A stretch of 24,000 bases of DNA from an uncultured Thalassospiraceae bacterium (GTDB taxonomy: Bacteria; Pseudomonadota; Alphaproteobacteria; Rhodospirillales; JABHCV01), in contig CAZBEC010000001.1 of NCBI GenBank assembly GCA_964490815.1, forward strand, positions 153,855 through 177,854, written 5' to 3'. Position numbers and translations under genes: made by a program. Shown here piece by piece: positions 7,516 to 16,050 of the stretch; position 1 is the first letter of the stretch, and each line of letters opens with the position of its first letter. The notes beneath the pieces are model-generated. The model did no database searches. It worked only from the letters and a program-made list of their open reading frames with translations, and was not told where the DNA came from.

Positions 7516-7971
7516 TTAAGCGCTCGCTTTTTCTTCCCACGCTCCGCGTTCCGTTTGTTGGAGGTACTTTAGTGAATGACCGGCTTGCCTGTAGGCTTTC
7601 CAACGTTCCCGCGCAGCAGCAACTTGCGCCCCGTCGTTGCCGTCGAACAACTCGAAGCATCGCTCATACACGTTTACATCGGCACACGTCACACCTTCAG
7701 TGAGAAACAGGAACGTTGCGTCATTTGCGTTTTCGTCCCTTTCACTCACCCATACTGGTTGATCGCCCGGCCTGCCGTCTTTGGCGGTACCGTGAGGAAG
7801 CCAGGAGTCCTGGTCATAACTCCACAATTGAGCGTTCAATTGTTCAGCGCGGTGCTCGGATCCAACTAGAACCAGGGCGCGTTTGCCAGCTGACAAAGTT
7901 TTTTCCAGCAGCTTTGGCAACGCATCTTCGAGGCGTGATTTCTGCAGATGATAGAAAGACACCTCTGTCAT
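7516..7971 (-). CDS. holC: DNA polymerase III subunit chi
   Basis: 151 aa. MTEVSFYHL... N-terminus; GKRALVLVGSE, QLWSYD..SWLPHG and ARERWKAYRQAG (compare E. coli HolC ARERYKAYRVAG). It sits immediately downstream of pepA, the conserved pepA-holC arrangement. Confidence 0.85.
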   Translation of the reverse strand: MTEVSFYHLQKSRLEDALPKLLEKTLSAGKRALVLVGSEHRAEQLNAQLWSYDQDSWLPHGTAKDGRPGDQPVWVSERDENANDATFLFLTEGVTCADVNVYERCFELFDGNDGAQVAAARERWKAYRQAGHSLKYLQQTERGAWEEKASA

Positions 7972-7985
7972 GAAATTCGAAAGAC

Positions 7986-9500
7986 CTACTTTTCGTAATT
8001 ATCCGCGACTAGACGATCCAACAGGCGAACGCCGAAGGCAGTACCGCCTTTTGGAGCAACCGAGGAGGCTTTGTTGGACCAGGTAACTCCGGCAATGTCG
8101 AGGTGAGCCCATGGGGTCTTATCGACAAAGCGTTTTAGAAACTGGGCCGCCGTTATCGAACCAGCACCGCGTCCGCCTGAGATATTCTTCATGTCGGCTG
8201 CATCGCAGTTCAGCATTTTGTCGTAGTTGTCACCCATTGGCATACGCCAGACGCTTTCGCCGACAGCCTCACCTGCCTCAGACAATTGCTTGGAAAGTTT
8301 ATCATCATTTGAAAACAATCCTGCCTTTTCGTTGCCAAGACAAATAATAATGGCGCCGGTAAGGGTTGCCAGATCGACCATGAATTTCGGCTTAAAGCGC
8401 TCCTTGGTGTACCAGAGGGCGTCCGCCAACACCAATCGTCCCTCGGCATCCGTATTCAGAACTTCAATGGTTTGGCCCGACATTGACGTGACGATATCTC
8501 CCGGTCGCTGGGCCGTTCCCGAAGGCATGTTTTCAACCAGACCGACTACACCGACGACATTTGCTTTTGCCTTTCGTCCGGCAAGCGCCTTCATCAATCC
8601 TATGACAACGCCGGAACCACCCATGTCCCATTTCATATCTTCCATGCCACCGGATGGTTTTATGGAGATACCACCTGTATCAAAAGTGACACCCTTGCCT
8701 ACAAACGCAACTGGAGCATCATTCTTGCCTTTTCCAGATTTACCGTTCCAACGCATGACGACAAGTTTGGATTCTTTTTCGCTGCCCTGGCCAACGCCTA
8801 AAAGTGCGCCCATACCGAGCTTGCGCATCTGCGCCTCACCCAGGACCTCCACTTTGACGCCTAGTTTGGTTAGGGACTTGGCCTGTTTCGCCAGTGTTTC
8901 CGGATAGATCACATTGGCTGGTTCGGACACTAAATCGCGGGTCATAAAGACACCCTCGGCAACCTTGTTCATTGGACCAAAAGTGCTACGGGCCTTGGAT
9001 GATCCCTTGCAGAGAATTTTCAGGGTTTTCAGGCTCGGCTTGTTTTCCGGTTTTTCCTTTGTCCGGTATTTGTCAAACCGGTAGGAACGCAAGCGTGCCC
9101 CCAGCGCGATTTCGGCCGCCATCTGGTCAGGCCGCAGTTTGCATTTGTCGATAGAATCAACCAGCATCTGCACGGTTGTGTGGCCCTTTGTCGAAAGTGC
9201 TGCGTAAATCTGTCCACCCAGCGCCTGCATTGACTTAGCATTGATATCCGCAGGCTTGCCTAACCCTACGATAAGGACGCGTTCCAGCTTAGTCCCGCCA
9301 GGTGCCAAAACAGGCAGGCTGTGACCCTTAGAACCCTTGAAGCGGCTTGCTTTGATCGCACGCATGAGGCCACCGGCCATTTTTTTGTCCAGGGCTTTCG
9401 CGTTGTCGGTTAGTTTGCGTCCATCCAGTACACCGACGACAACGACACCTTTTTCCGGCAATTCAGGATTGGCGAATGTGATTTTCATAACTTTGGGCAC
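7986..9500 (-). CDS. pepA: Leucyl aminopeptidase (M17 family)
   Basis: 504 aa. M17 signatures VGKGVTFDTGGISIKP, NTDAEGRLVLADAL and LATLTGA. The ORF-track start is GTG at 9500; ATG at 9488 (MKITF...) is an equally plausible start. Confidence 0.96.
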   Translation of the reverse strand: MPKVMKITFANPELPEKGVVVVGVLDGRKLTDNAKALDKKMAGGLMRAIKASRFKGSKGHSLPVLAPGGTKLERVLIVGLGKPADINAKSMQALGGQIYAALSTKGHTTVQMLVDSIDKCKLRPDQMAAEIALGARLRSYRFDKYRTKEKPENKPSLKTLKILCKGSSKARSTFGPMNKVAEGVFMTRDLVSEPANVIYPETLAKQAKSLTKLGVKVEVLGEAQMRKLGMGALLGVGQGSEKESKLVVMRWNGKSGKGKNDAPVAFVGKGVTFDTGGISIKPSGGMEDMKWDMGGSGVVIGLMKALAGRKAKANVVGVVGLVENMPSGTAQRPGDIVTSMSGQTIEVLNTDAEGRLVLADALWYTKERFKPKFMVDLATLTGAIIICLGNEKAGLFSNDDKLSKQLSEAGEAVGESVWRMPMGDNYDKMLNCDAADMKNISGGRGAGSITAAQFLKRFVDKTPWAHLDIAGVTWSNKASSVAPKGGTAFGVRLLDRLVADNYEK

Positions 9501-9509
9501 CCTGCAATT

Positions 9510-9866
9510 TTATAGCTTTTCAACGGCGGCGAGGCGATTTTCCCAAATCTCCAGATCATCGGGGTCCGCATCGACGTCGTTCTCCTCAATCATTCTCTTG
9601 TGCATTCCGATCTGCTCGTTGATGCAATCTTTTACTTCAACAATATGTTCTTCGGGGATGTCGTTGATTGTTACTTTGCCGTCAAACAACATATCGGCGC
9701 GATCCATCATCGACAGGCTTTCGACTTTTGCCTCAACTTCACGCCACTGTTGATACCAGGCATCGTAAATAGCGGACTCGCCTTTAAATCCTGTCTTTTC
9801 CATGTGCTCGTCAAGCGTTCCCATGATCGTCAGGAACTCATGGACTGTCAGCTGTAAATTACTCAC
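9510..9866 (-). CDS. Hypothetical acidic protein (118 aa)
   Basis: ORF with its stop 9 nt upstream of the pepA start, co-oriented. Very acidic (many D/E). No family recognised. Confidence 0.55.
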   Translation of the reverse strand: MSNLQLTVHEFLTIMGTLDEHMEKTGFKGESAIYDAWYQQWREVEAKVESLSMMDRADMLFDGKVTINDIPEEHIVEVKDCINEQIGMHKRMIEENDVDADPDDLEIWENRLAAVEKL

Positions 9867-9939
9867 CGTTCTTCCCCTTAATACAAAAGCGATTGATTGA
9901 ATGTAGCGACGCAGACGGCAAAATAAAGTGAATTTGTCC

Positions 9940-10965
9940 TCATTTCGCGGGAATTTCGTTGATAGCCTCGATTTTCCTGTCGGAACTCATCAACCAAGCG
10001 ATGCCACCGGGTAGGCCAAACAGCAATCCTAAAAGACCGAACATGATGGACAATGCAAATGCTCCCTCACCCGGAACGCCGATCAGCGCAAAGGCGGTGA
10101 CCATGGCTTGCTCGCGCACCCCCCAACCGGCGATTGAAATTGGCAGTGTTGTAAGCAAAAGCACCGGTGGCATTAACACCATGCAATCTACCCAGGTAAT
10201 TTCCAACCCGATGGACAGTCCCATCAGATAAACCGCCAACGTAATGTTGAGATGTCCGGCAAGAGACCAACCAATAGCCTTAACGGCATGTATAGGAGCC
10301 AGGAACACCCTTCGGGAATCCCCTGCCAGCATTGCCAATCCGCGCACGATGCGCCAATGGCTGAAACGCGAAGGCAACCGGTCAAGAAACATCAGAATGA
10401 TCAGTCCCACTATCCCGCCTACGCCCAGTATACTGACAAATGGGATTATCCAGGCCGCTTCATTGGGTCCGACCCGGTGAATGAAAAAAGGCGTTGCGCA
10501 AACAACCAGCAGTACCAAGCCCAGAACTGTAGCCACTCTTTCCAGCATAACGCTGTTTATTGAACTGCTAAGGCTCAGGCCTTCTTTATAGACGCGGTAT
10601 ACGCGCACCGCATCGCCTCCCACAGATGAAGGCAAGGCTTGATTGAAGAAAAAGCCAATGAAGTAAAGACGCATTCCGTCCAAAAAAGACACCACGGCAT
10701 TGATGGCGACGAGAACCGCTTGCCAGCGCACGACGCATACCGCAATCTGAACAAACGATACCAGAACCACAATTCCAAGCATCATGGGATCGGCGCCTAG
10801 AATCCGGTCGCGCGCCGCGCCTAAATCGACGCCGTCGATCAACATCCAAATCAATCCGCCGGACACCATGAATTTTAGCGCCAGGGCAATGTGCTTTTTA
10901 GTCATCAGAATCGCCATTAGTCGGATAGAGGGGCATGGTTTAACAGTATCTACGCGCCCTGTCAT
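9940..10965 (-). CDS. UPF0104 / lysylphosphatidylglycerol-synthase-TM-like (flippase-like) integral membrane protein
   Basis: 341 aa, polytopic and hydrophobic. The N-terminal KFMVSGGLIWMLIDGVDLG...VRWQAVL pattern and PSSVGGDAVRVY are typical of the LPG_synthase_TM/UPF0104 family. Starts at Met17 or Met21 are also possible. Confidence 0.75.
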   Translation of the reverse strand: MTGRVDTVKPCPSIRLMAILMTKKHIALALKFMVSGGLIWMLIDGVDLGAARDRILGADPMMLGIVVLVSFVQIAVCVVRWQAVLVAINAVVSFLDGMRLYFIGFFFNQALPSSVGGDAVRVYRVYKEGLSLSSSINSVMLERVATVLGLVLLVVCATPFFIHRVGPNEAAWIIPFVSILGVGGIVGLIILMFLDRLPSRFSHWRIVRGLAMLAGDSRRVFLAPIHAVKAIGWSLAGHLNITLAVYLMGLSIGLEITWVDCMVLMPPVLLLTTLPISIAGWGVREQAMVTAFALIGVPGEGAFALSIMFGLLGLLFGLPGGIAWLMSSDRKIEAINEIPAK

Positions 10966-10973
10966 CTTCCGCT

Positions 10974-12071
10974 TCAGCCGAGCATGACTCTCTGACGTTT
11001 TGGCCCCCAGTTTCCGGGAGGACCTTCATAGACACCGGCGCAATTTTCGCCGCATTTCAGGCAATGCCCCTCGCCCGATAAATTCCATGTCGAAAGCTTA
11101 TACCAGTCGCGCCCGATCAGTATCTCACCGCAACTGTGACAATAAGTGCTCTCGCCTTCAAAATCGTGGACATTGCCCGTGTAGGCGTACCGGATACCGT
11201 TTTTGAGCGCGATCCTGCGAGCCATTTTCAGGGTTTGAAAGGGTGTCGCCGGGATATCCAACATCTTCCAGTCAGGATGGAAGGCGCTAAAATGCAAAGG
11301 AACATCCACACCCAGATTTTCAACCACCCACTGGGTCAGTTCTTCCAATTCAGATTCTGAATCATTTTCGCCGGGAATCAACAGTGTTGTGATTTCAAAC
11401 CAAACGTCGGTCTCGTGCTTCAGGTATTTAAGGGTTTCCAGAACCACAGCGAGGCTGGAAGAGCACAGGCGCTGATAGAAATCTTCCGTGAATGCCTTCA
11501 AATCCACATTGGCGGCGTCCATGTGGTTGAAGAATTCTTCGCGAGGCTCTTCGCAGATATAACCCGCCGTCACCGCCACCGTCTTGATGTCCCTGTCATG
11601 ACAAGCCTGAGCAACATCGACGGCGTACTCAAGGAAGATCGTCGGATCGTTATAGGTGACGGCAACCGATTTGCATCCGGTTTTAAGCGCCGCATCGGCG
11701 ATTTTTTCGGGACTGGCTAAATCCTGCAGCTTGTCGAATTCCCGTGACTTGGAAATATCCCAATTCTGGCAGAATTTGCAAGTCAGGTTGCATCCCGCCG
11801 TGCCGAAGGAAAGAACCGGAGTTCCCGGCAAAAAGTGATCGAGCGGTTTTTTCTCGATGGGATCGATGCAAAAACCACTGGAGCGTCCATAGGTGGTCAG
11901 AACCACCGAGCCATCCTGGCAGCCGCGCACGAAACAAAGTCCCCTTTGCCCTTCGTGTAATTTACAATAACGCGGGCAAATATCACACTGCACACGGCCG
12001 TCATCCAGCGCATGCCAGTAGCGCCCGGGAAAGGCGGAAGGGAATTTTTCCGCTGGCGCTTTCGTGTCCAT
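10974..12071 (-). CDS. AmmeMemoRadiSam-system radical SAM enzyme
   Basis: 365 aa. The CNLTCKFC (CX3CX2C) radical SAM motif is at nt 11769-11792. There is an N-terminal CDICPRYC...C cluster and a C-terminal CHSC...CLKC zinc-ribbon-like pairs. It is divergent from a Memo-AMMECR1 gene, which is the defining context of this rSAM subfamily. Confidence 0.85.
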   Translation of the reverse strand: MDTKAPAEKFPSAFPGRYWHALDDGRVQCDICPRYCKLHEGQRGLCFVRGCQDGSVVLTTYGRSSGFCIDPIEKKPLDHFLPGTPVLSFGTAGCNLTCKFCQNWDISKSREFDKLQDLASPEKIADAALKTGCKSVAVTYNDPTIFLEYAVDVAQACHDRDIKTVAVTAGYICEEPREEFFNHMDAANVDLKAFTEDFYQRLCSSSLAVVLETLKYLKHETDVWFEITTLLIPGENDSESELEELTQWVVENLGVDVPLHFSAFHPDWKMLDIPATPFQTLKMARRIALKNGIRYAYTGNVHDFEGESTYCHSCGEILIGRDWYKLSTWNLSGEGHCLKCGENCAGVYEGPPGNWGPKRQRVMLG

Positions 12072-12152
12072 ATTTCACAGGTAAGCCTGAACGAAGGCGG
12101 CGTCAATGCTCAGGGTCTTTACTTCAAGCGTCCTCATAACTACTTTTTTTAG

Positions 12153-13586
12153 ATGACTTCGATCCGACAACCCGCCGTCGCCGGAATGTTCTATCCGAGT
12201 AGTGCCGGCGAACTGGGCGCCGTCGTTTCCGCATTTTTGGCCGAGGCTGAAGCGGCGTTGAGTTTTGACGCGCCTGTGCCCAAGGCGATCATCGCTCCCC
12301 ACGCGGGTTACATCTATTCAGGCGCAAACGCCGCCCTAGCCTACGCCAGGCTGAAACCGGCCGCCGATACCATCAGACGGGTGATATTGCTGGGCCCCTG
12401 TCACCGTGTGGCCGTACGGGGATTGGCCCTTAGCAGCGCTGACGCTTTTTCTACGCCGCTTGGCGACATCCCCATCGACGGCAAAGCGGAGTTGGAGATT
12501 GCCGATCTAGCCCAAATCCAGGTTTTCGATGCTAGCCATGCTCAGGAGCACTCGCTGGAAGTGCACCTGCCCTTCCTGCAATCCGTTTTAAGCGACTTCA
12601 AGGTGCTGCCACTGGTCGTGGGCGACGCCCCACCCAGCGAAATTGCCCAGGTGTTGGAAATTCTCTGGGGCGGTCCGGAAACATTGATCGTCATTTCTTC
12701 CGACCTGAGTCATTTCCTTAATTACGATGCCGCACGCGAATTGGACGCCAGGACATGCAAGGCCATTGAAAGCCTTTCACCGGACGAAATCGGCACCGAT
12801 CAGGCCTGTGGCCGCTACCCGGTCAAGGGTCTGTTGGCGCTGGCCAATAGGCGTGGCCTTACGGTTGAAACTTTGGGCTTATGTAATTCGGGCGATACTG
12901 CGGGAACCAAGGATCGGGTCGTCGGCTATGGCGCATGGGCTTTTTTCGAGCCGGCAGCGCCGCCCCCAATAGCCGAAGATTTTGAGGCCAAAACCCGAGC
13001 CCTGTTGAAGGAACACGGGAACATCCTGCTCAGGCTTGCCGCAGCTAGCATTAATCACGGTTTAGCGAGCAGCAAGCCGCTACCAGTAAATCTTGGTGAA
13101 TATCCAAAAGCCCTATCCGCCCATGGCGCGAGTTTCGTAACCCTGAAGAAAAACGGTCAATTGCGCGGGTGCATCGGCTCCGCTCAAGCCCATCGGGCGC
13201 TGGCGGAAGATGTTTCCCATAACGCCTATTCGTCGGCTTTCCGCGATCACCGCTTCAAACCCCTAACCCGTGAAGAGCGAAACGATTTATCGCTCTCTAT
13301 ATCGATATTAAGTCCATCATCACCGATGACATTTTTGGGCGAGGCGGAACTGCTCGAGCAACTCCGCCCCGGAATCGACGGGTTGATTATCGAGGACAAG
13401 GGAAAAAGAGCTTTGTTTCTACCGTCGGTCTGGGCGCAATTGCCTAAACCAAAACAGTTTCTCTCCCATCTGAAAACCAAGGCCGGTATGGCTGCCGATC
13501 AATTCTCGCCGGCTTTCAAGGCTTGGCGGTTTATCGCCGCCGAAATTTCTGTCCACGGAGAGGAAGCCGAATCATTGTGGGCTTGA
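12153..13586 (+). CDS. Fusion protein: Memo-like (AmmeMemoRadiSam protein B) N-terminal domain plus AMMECR1 (protein A) C-terminal domain
   Basis: 477 aa. The N-terminal half has Memo hallmarks (PAVAGMFYP, APHAGYIYSG, HSLEVHLPFL, SSDLSH, DQACG). The C-terminal half has AMMECR1 hallmarks (GASFVTLKKNGQLRGCIGS, LRGCIGS at nt 13161-13181; ALFLPSVW). A Pro/Ala linker lies around nt 12945-13010. Confidence 0.88.
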   Translation: MTSIRQPAVAGMFYPSSAGELGAVVSAFLAEAEAALSFDAPVPKAIIAPHAGYIYSGANAALAYARLKPAADTIRRVILLGPCHRVAVRGLALSSADAFSTPLGDIPIDGKAELEIADLAQIQVFDASHAQEHSLEVHLPFLQSVLSDFKVLPLVVGDAPPSEIAQVLEILWGGPETLIVISSDLSHFLNYDAARELDARTCKAIESLSPDEIGTDQACGRYPVKGLLALANRRGLTVETLGLCNSGDTAGTKDRVVGYGAWAFFEPAAPPPIAEDFEAKTRALLKEHGNILLRLAAASINHGLASSKPLPVNLGEYPKALSAHGASFVTLKKNGQLRGCIGSAQAHRALAEDVSHNAYSSAFRDHRFKPLTREERNDLSLSISILSPSSPMTFLGEAELLEQLRPGIDGLIIEDKGKRALFLPSVWAQLPKPKQFLSHLKTKAGMAADQFSPAFKAWRFIAAEISVHGEEAESLWA

Positions 13587-13606
13587 AATGTTGAAAAAGG
13601 GAGTGA

Positions 13607-14218
13607 TTGCCATTGTCTGAACCTAAAACCTTGCTGTCCATGTCAGGCGCGCCGTTGGAACCATCGAAACTGTCAGATGCAGCGCTGGTGCTGATCGATT
13701 GCCAGAACGAATACGTTTCGGGCGTGTTAGCTTTGCCGGGAGTATCTCCCGCACTTAAGGAAGCCGAAAAAGTATTGGCCAGGGCTCGCGATGCGGGCGC
13801 GCCGGTGATTCATGTCGTTCACCACGGAAGGCCCGGCGGCGGTGTTTTTGATCCGGAAGGACCTTCGTCTGAAATAGCGCCCGAAGTAAGCGCAATCAAC
13901 GGTGAAGCCATTGTTTCCAAAGCGTTGCCGAACTCGTTCGCCGGCACCAACCTGAACGTTCTATTGGAGGAAACCGGCAAAAAGGAACTGATCATTGTCG
14001 GCTTCATGACGCATATGTGCGTCAGTGCTACGGCCCGTACTGCGACGGATCTGGGTTATCGCAACACGATCGTTGCAAACGCAACGGCAACCCGTGATCT
14101 TCCGGGTCCTCATGGCGATGGCGTGGTAACTGCCGTCGAGTTGCAGAGGGCAGAACTGGCAGCCCTGGCCGACCGCTTCGCAATTATCATCGATACGGCC
14201 CAGGAATTGCGAGACTAA
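13607..14218 (+). CDS. Isochorismatase-family cysteine hydrolase
   Basis: 203 aa. ALVLIDCQNEY (Asp), a conserved Lys in VSKALPNSF, and GFMTHMCVSATAR (Cys nucleophile). The start is uncertain: the AAGGGAG SD at 13597-13603 fits TTG 13613 better than TTG 13607. Confidence 0.88.
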   Translation: MPLSEPKTLLSMSGAPLEPSKLSDAALVLIDCQNEYVSGVLALPGVSPALKEAEKVLARARDAGAPVIHVVHHGRPGGGVFDPEGPSSEIAPEVSAINGEAIVSKALPNSFAGTNLNVLLEETGKKELIIVGFMTHMCVSATARTATDLGYRNTIVANATATRDLPGPHGDGVVTAVELQRAELAALADRFAIIIDTAQELRD

Positions 14219-14236
14219 AGCTAAGGAGCACCGGCC

Positions 14237-15007
14237 TTGAACTTGATATTGAAACGGTTGCCGATCCTTGCGCTGCTAGCCGCCTTGCTGACCCCGGCAA
14301 TCACCAGGGCGGATGATGGACTGGCAAGAACTTGGGAAAAGGCCGAAATTTGGGTTCGTACGTCGGAGGGCTTTTTCGCCAGCCACATGAACGACCAAAT
14401 TTTACGGGATCGCCTCGACAAAGCCGGAAAAGAATTTCCAACAGTCATTTTCTTTCATGACTGCGGCAAGAATCGAAAATTGGCCGGTTGGCATTATGCG
14501 CGCTTTATGGCTCGTGCCGGTTTCGCCGTTATTCTGCCAGACAGCTTCGCAAGGCCTGACCGCCCGGAAACCTGTAGATACTGGCAGTTCCTTCCTATTC
14601 CCGATGCACCGACGGAAGAAGTACATACCCTGCGAAAATCTGAAATTTCCCATGCGCTGAAAATGGTTAGAGGCCTGAAATGGGTCGATCCTGACAACCT
14701 TTTTGTTATGGGCCATGGCGAAGGAGGCGAAGCGTTGGCAGCCTTTGGACAAGGGGGATTCAAAGCAAGAGTGATAAGCGGAGCCCTTTGCAAGTGGGGA
14801 ATCGACGGCCCGAGAGACATTCCTATGTTGGCTATTGCTTCACAAGAAGACCGCCTATTTGAAGGCCAGGCCGCAAATTCCTGCGCTACGAAAGCGCAAA
14901 ATTATTCAATTGAAACGAAATTATTCGATGGGTTCCAGCACGACACGTCAAGCCTTTCCCAAGCCCGGGAAACGGTTATTCAATTTCTTAAGACTCTTGT
15001 GAAATGA
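14237..15007 (+). CDS. Secreted alpha/beta-hydrolase-fold (dienelactone-hydrolase-like) protein lacking the canonical nucleophile
   Basis: 256 aa. TTG start with AAGGAG 8 nt upstream. Signal peptide MNLILKRLPILALLAALLTPAITRA/DD. Alpha/beta hydrolase layout: FFHDCG, a nucleophile-elbow-like VMGHGEGG, ASQEDRLF and GFQHD. Confidence 0.65.
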   Translation: MNLILKRLPILALLAALLTPAITRADDGLARTWEKAEIWVRTSEGFFASHMNDQILRDRLDKAGKEFPTVIFFHDCGKNRKLAGWHYARFMARAGFAVILPDSFARPDRPETCRYWQFLPIPDAPTEEVHTLRKSEISHALKMVRGLKWVDPDNLFVMGHGEGGEALAAFGQGGFKARVISGALCKWGIDGPRDIPMLAIASQEDRLFEGQAANSCATKAQNYSIETKLFDGFQHDTSSLSQARETVIQFLKTLVK

Positions 15008-15056
15008 TCGCTCCTGCTGCGAAACTGACAGCCATGATTCTCAAAGGAGCTCAACT

Positions 15057-15848
15057 GTGACAGTAAATATCACCATCAGCCTTATGGAACAGGTCGGTGA
15101 CCTTGCCAAAAGCGCCGGCAAGGAAATCATGAAAATTTATGCGACCGACTTCGATGTGGAAACCAAGGCTGACTCCTCGCCCGTTACCCAAGCCGATCAG
15201 ATTGCCGAAGATTTGATTACCCGCGGAATCCGCGAAGGGATTACAAATTCCTTTCCGATCATCGGCGAAGAAGCATTCTCTTCCGGGAAAGCGCCGGAAA
15301 TTGGTAGCGGCCCCTTTTGGCTGGTTGACGCCTTGGATGGGACAAAAAGCTTCATATCCAAAAACGACGAATTCACCGTCAACATTGCTCTAATAGAAGT
15401 AGGCAAGCCAGTGCTAGGCATTGTTCATGCACCGGCTCTTGGCGACACTTACTGGGGATCACGAAACGGCGCTTTTGTGGAACATGCAGGAGAACCTGCC
15501 AGAACCATTTCTTGTCGCCTACCCGAGGAGGACGGCCTGGTCGTCGTTGCCAGTCGCAACCATCGCTCGCCGGAACTGGAGGACTATATTTCCGGGCTAA
15601 ACGTCAAAAGCTCCGCAAGCGCGGGCAGTTCCCTGAAATTCTGTCTGGTTGCCTCCGGGAATGCCGATATCTATCCAAGACTGGGGCGAACCATGGAATG
15701 GGACATCGCCGCCGGTCATGCCGTGGTCTCTGCGGCTGGAGGCAGCGTTCGAAAACTGGACGATACTCCCATGACTTACGCCAAGCCCGGTTTCGAAAAT
15801 CCGGATTTCATTGTGCGTGGATTGGAAGCAGAAACACTGTCCGACTAG
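15057..15848 (+). CDS. cysQ: 3'(2'),5'-bisphosphate nucleotidase (inositol monophosphatase family)
   Basis: 263 aa. GTG start with AAGGAG 7 nt upstream. Motifs PVTQAD, IIGEE, WLVDALDGTKSF and EWDIAAGHAV are typical of CysQ/IMPase. Confidence 0.88.
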   Translation: MTVNITISLMEQVGDLAKSAGKEIMKIYATDFDVETKADSSPVTQADQIAEDLITRGIREGITNSFPIIGEEAFSSGKAPEIGSGPFWLVDALDGTKSFISKNDEFTVNIALIEVGKPVLGIVHAPALGDTYWGSRNGAFVEHAGEPARTISCRLPEEDGLVVVASRNHRSPELEDYISGLNVKSSASAGSSLKFCLVASGNADIYPRLGRTMEWDIAAGHAVVSAAGGSVRKLDDTPMTYAKPGFENPDFIVRGLEAETLSD

Positions 15849-15900
15849 GCAGAAATCTAAAGCTTTCAAGTCTTGACGATTTTTTTTTATAGGCGCACAA

Positions 15901-16017
15901 TAATGATCAGGTAGCCGGGAAACCGGAGCCTGTTAAAGCCGCCGTAACCCTTTACGGTGACTGCGGTGCCGGGTCATTACCTAGGATGGCCTAGCCAGAA
16001 GCAGAAAAGAGAGTTAA
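15901..16017 (+). ncRNA. Unassigned structured RNA element (candidate cis-regulatory leader of tsaC, or an sRNA / cysQ 3'UTR element)
   Basis: Non-coding 241-nt gap. Hand-folded helices: P1 15901-15913 with 15967-15979 (13 bp, 1 mismatch, 2 G-U); P2 15915-15926 capped by a GAAA tetraloop; P3 15940-15959 (CCGTAA/TTACGG core); P4 15981-15994 (CTAGG/CCTAG). Then comes a purine-rich single strand (15997-16013), followed directly by an intrinsic terminator. Confidence 0.35.
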
Positions 16018-16018
16018 A

Positions 16019-16050
16019 GAGCCGTTGGCTGGACCGACGGCTCTTTCTTT
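16019..16050 (+). terminator. Rho-independent terminator
   Basis: 10-bp GC-rich stem GAGCCGTTGG / CCGACGGCTC (16019-16028 with 16034-16043), 5-nt loop CTGGA, then TTTCTTT. Confidence 0.75.

Noticed and set aside
8227-8907. 226-aa plus-strand ORF inside pepA
   Set aside because: It is antisense to an unambiguous M17 aminopeptidase gene. Its Pro/Ser/Arg-rich translation has no motifs, so it is a shadow ORF.
12075-12302. 75-aa minus-strand ORF across the divergent promoter and the Memo 5' end
   Set aside because: It overlaps the well-supported Memo-AMMECR1 start and has no independent support.
15873-15904. Sigma-70 promoter call (TTGACG ... AATAAT)
   Set aside because: The -35 is good, but the spacer to the best -10-like hexamer (AATAAT, 15899-15904) is about 20 nt, outside the usual 16-18 nt. 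It is kept only as a note within the RNA-element finding.
15901-16050. Tried to assign the structured RNA to known classes: cobalamin, c-di-GMP-I, ZTP or SAM-II riboswitches, SRP RNA, 6S RNA, tRNA
   Set aside because: It has superficial resemblances only, such as GGTAGCCGGG / AAAGCCGCC versus GEMM-I and AGCCAGAAGCAG versus the B12 3' region. The diagnostic boxes are absent or in the wrong order: GCCACTG (B12 box), CCGCCTGGGC (ZTP), GGAAGCAGCC (SRP helix 8) and the tRNA T-loop GTTCGAATC.
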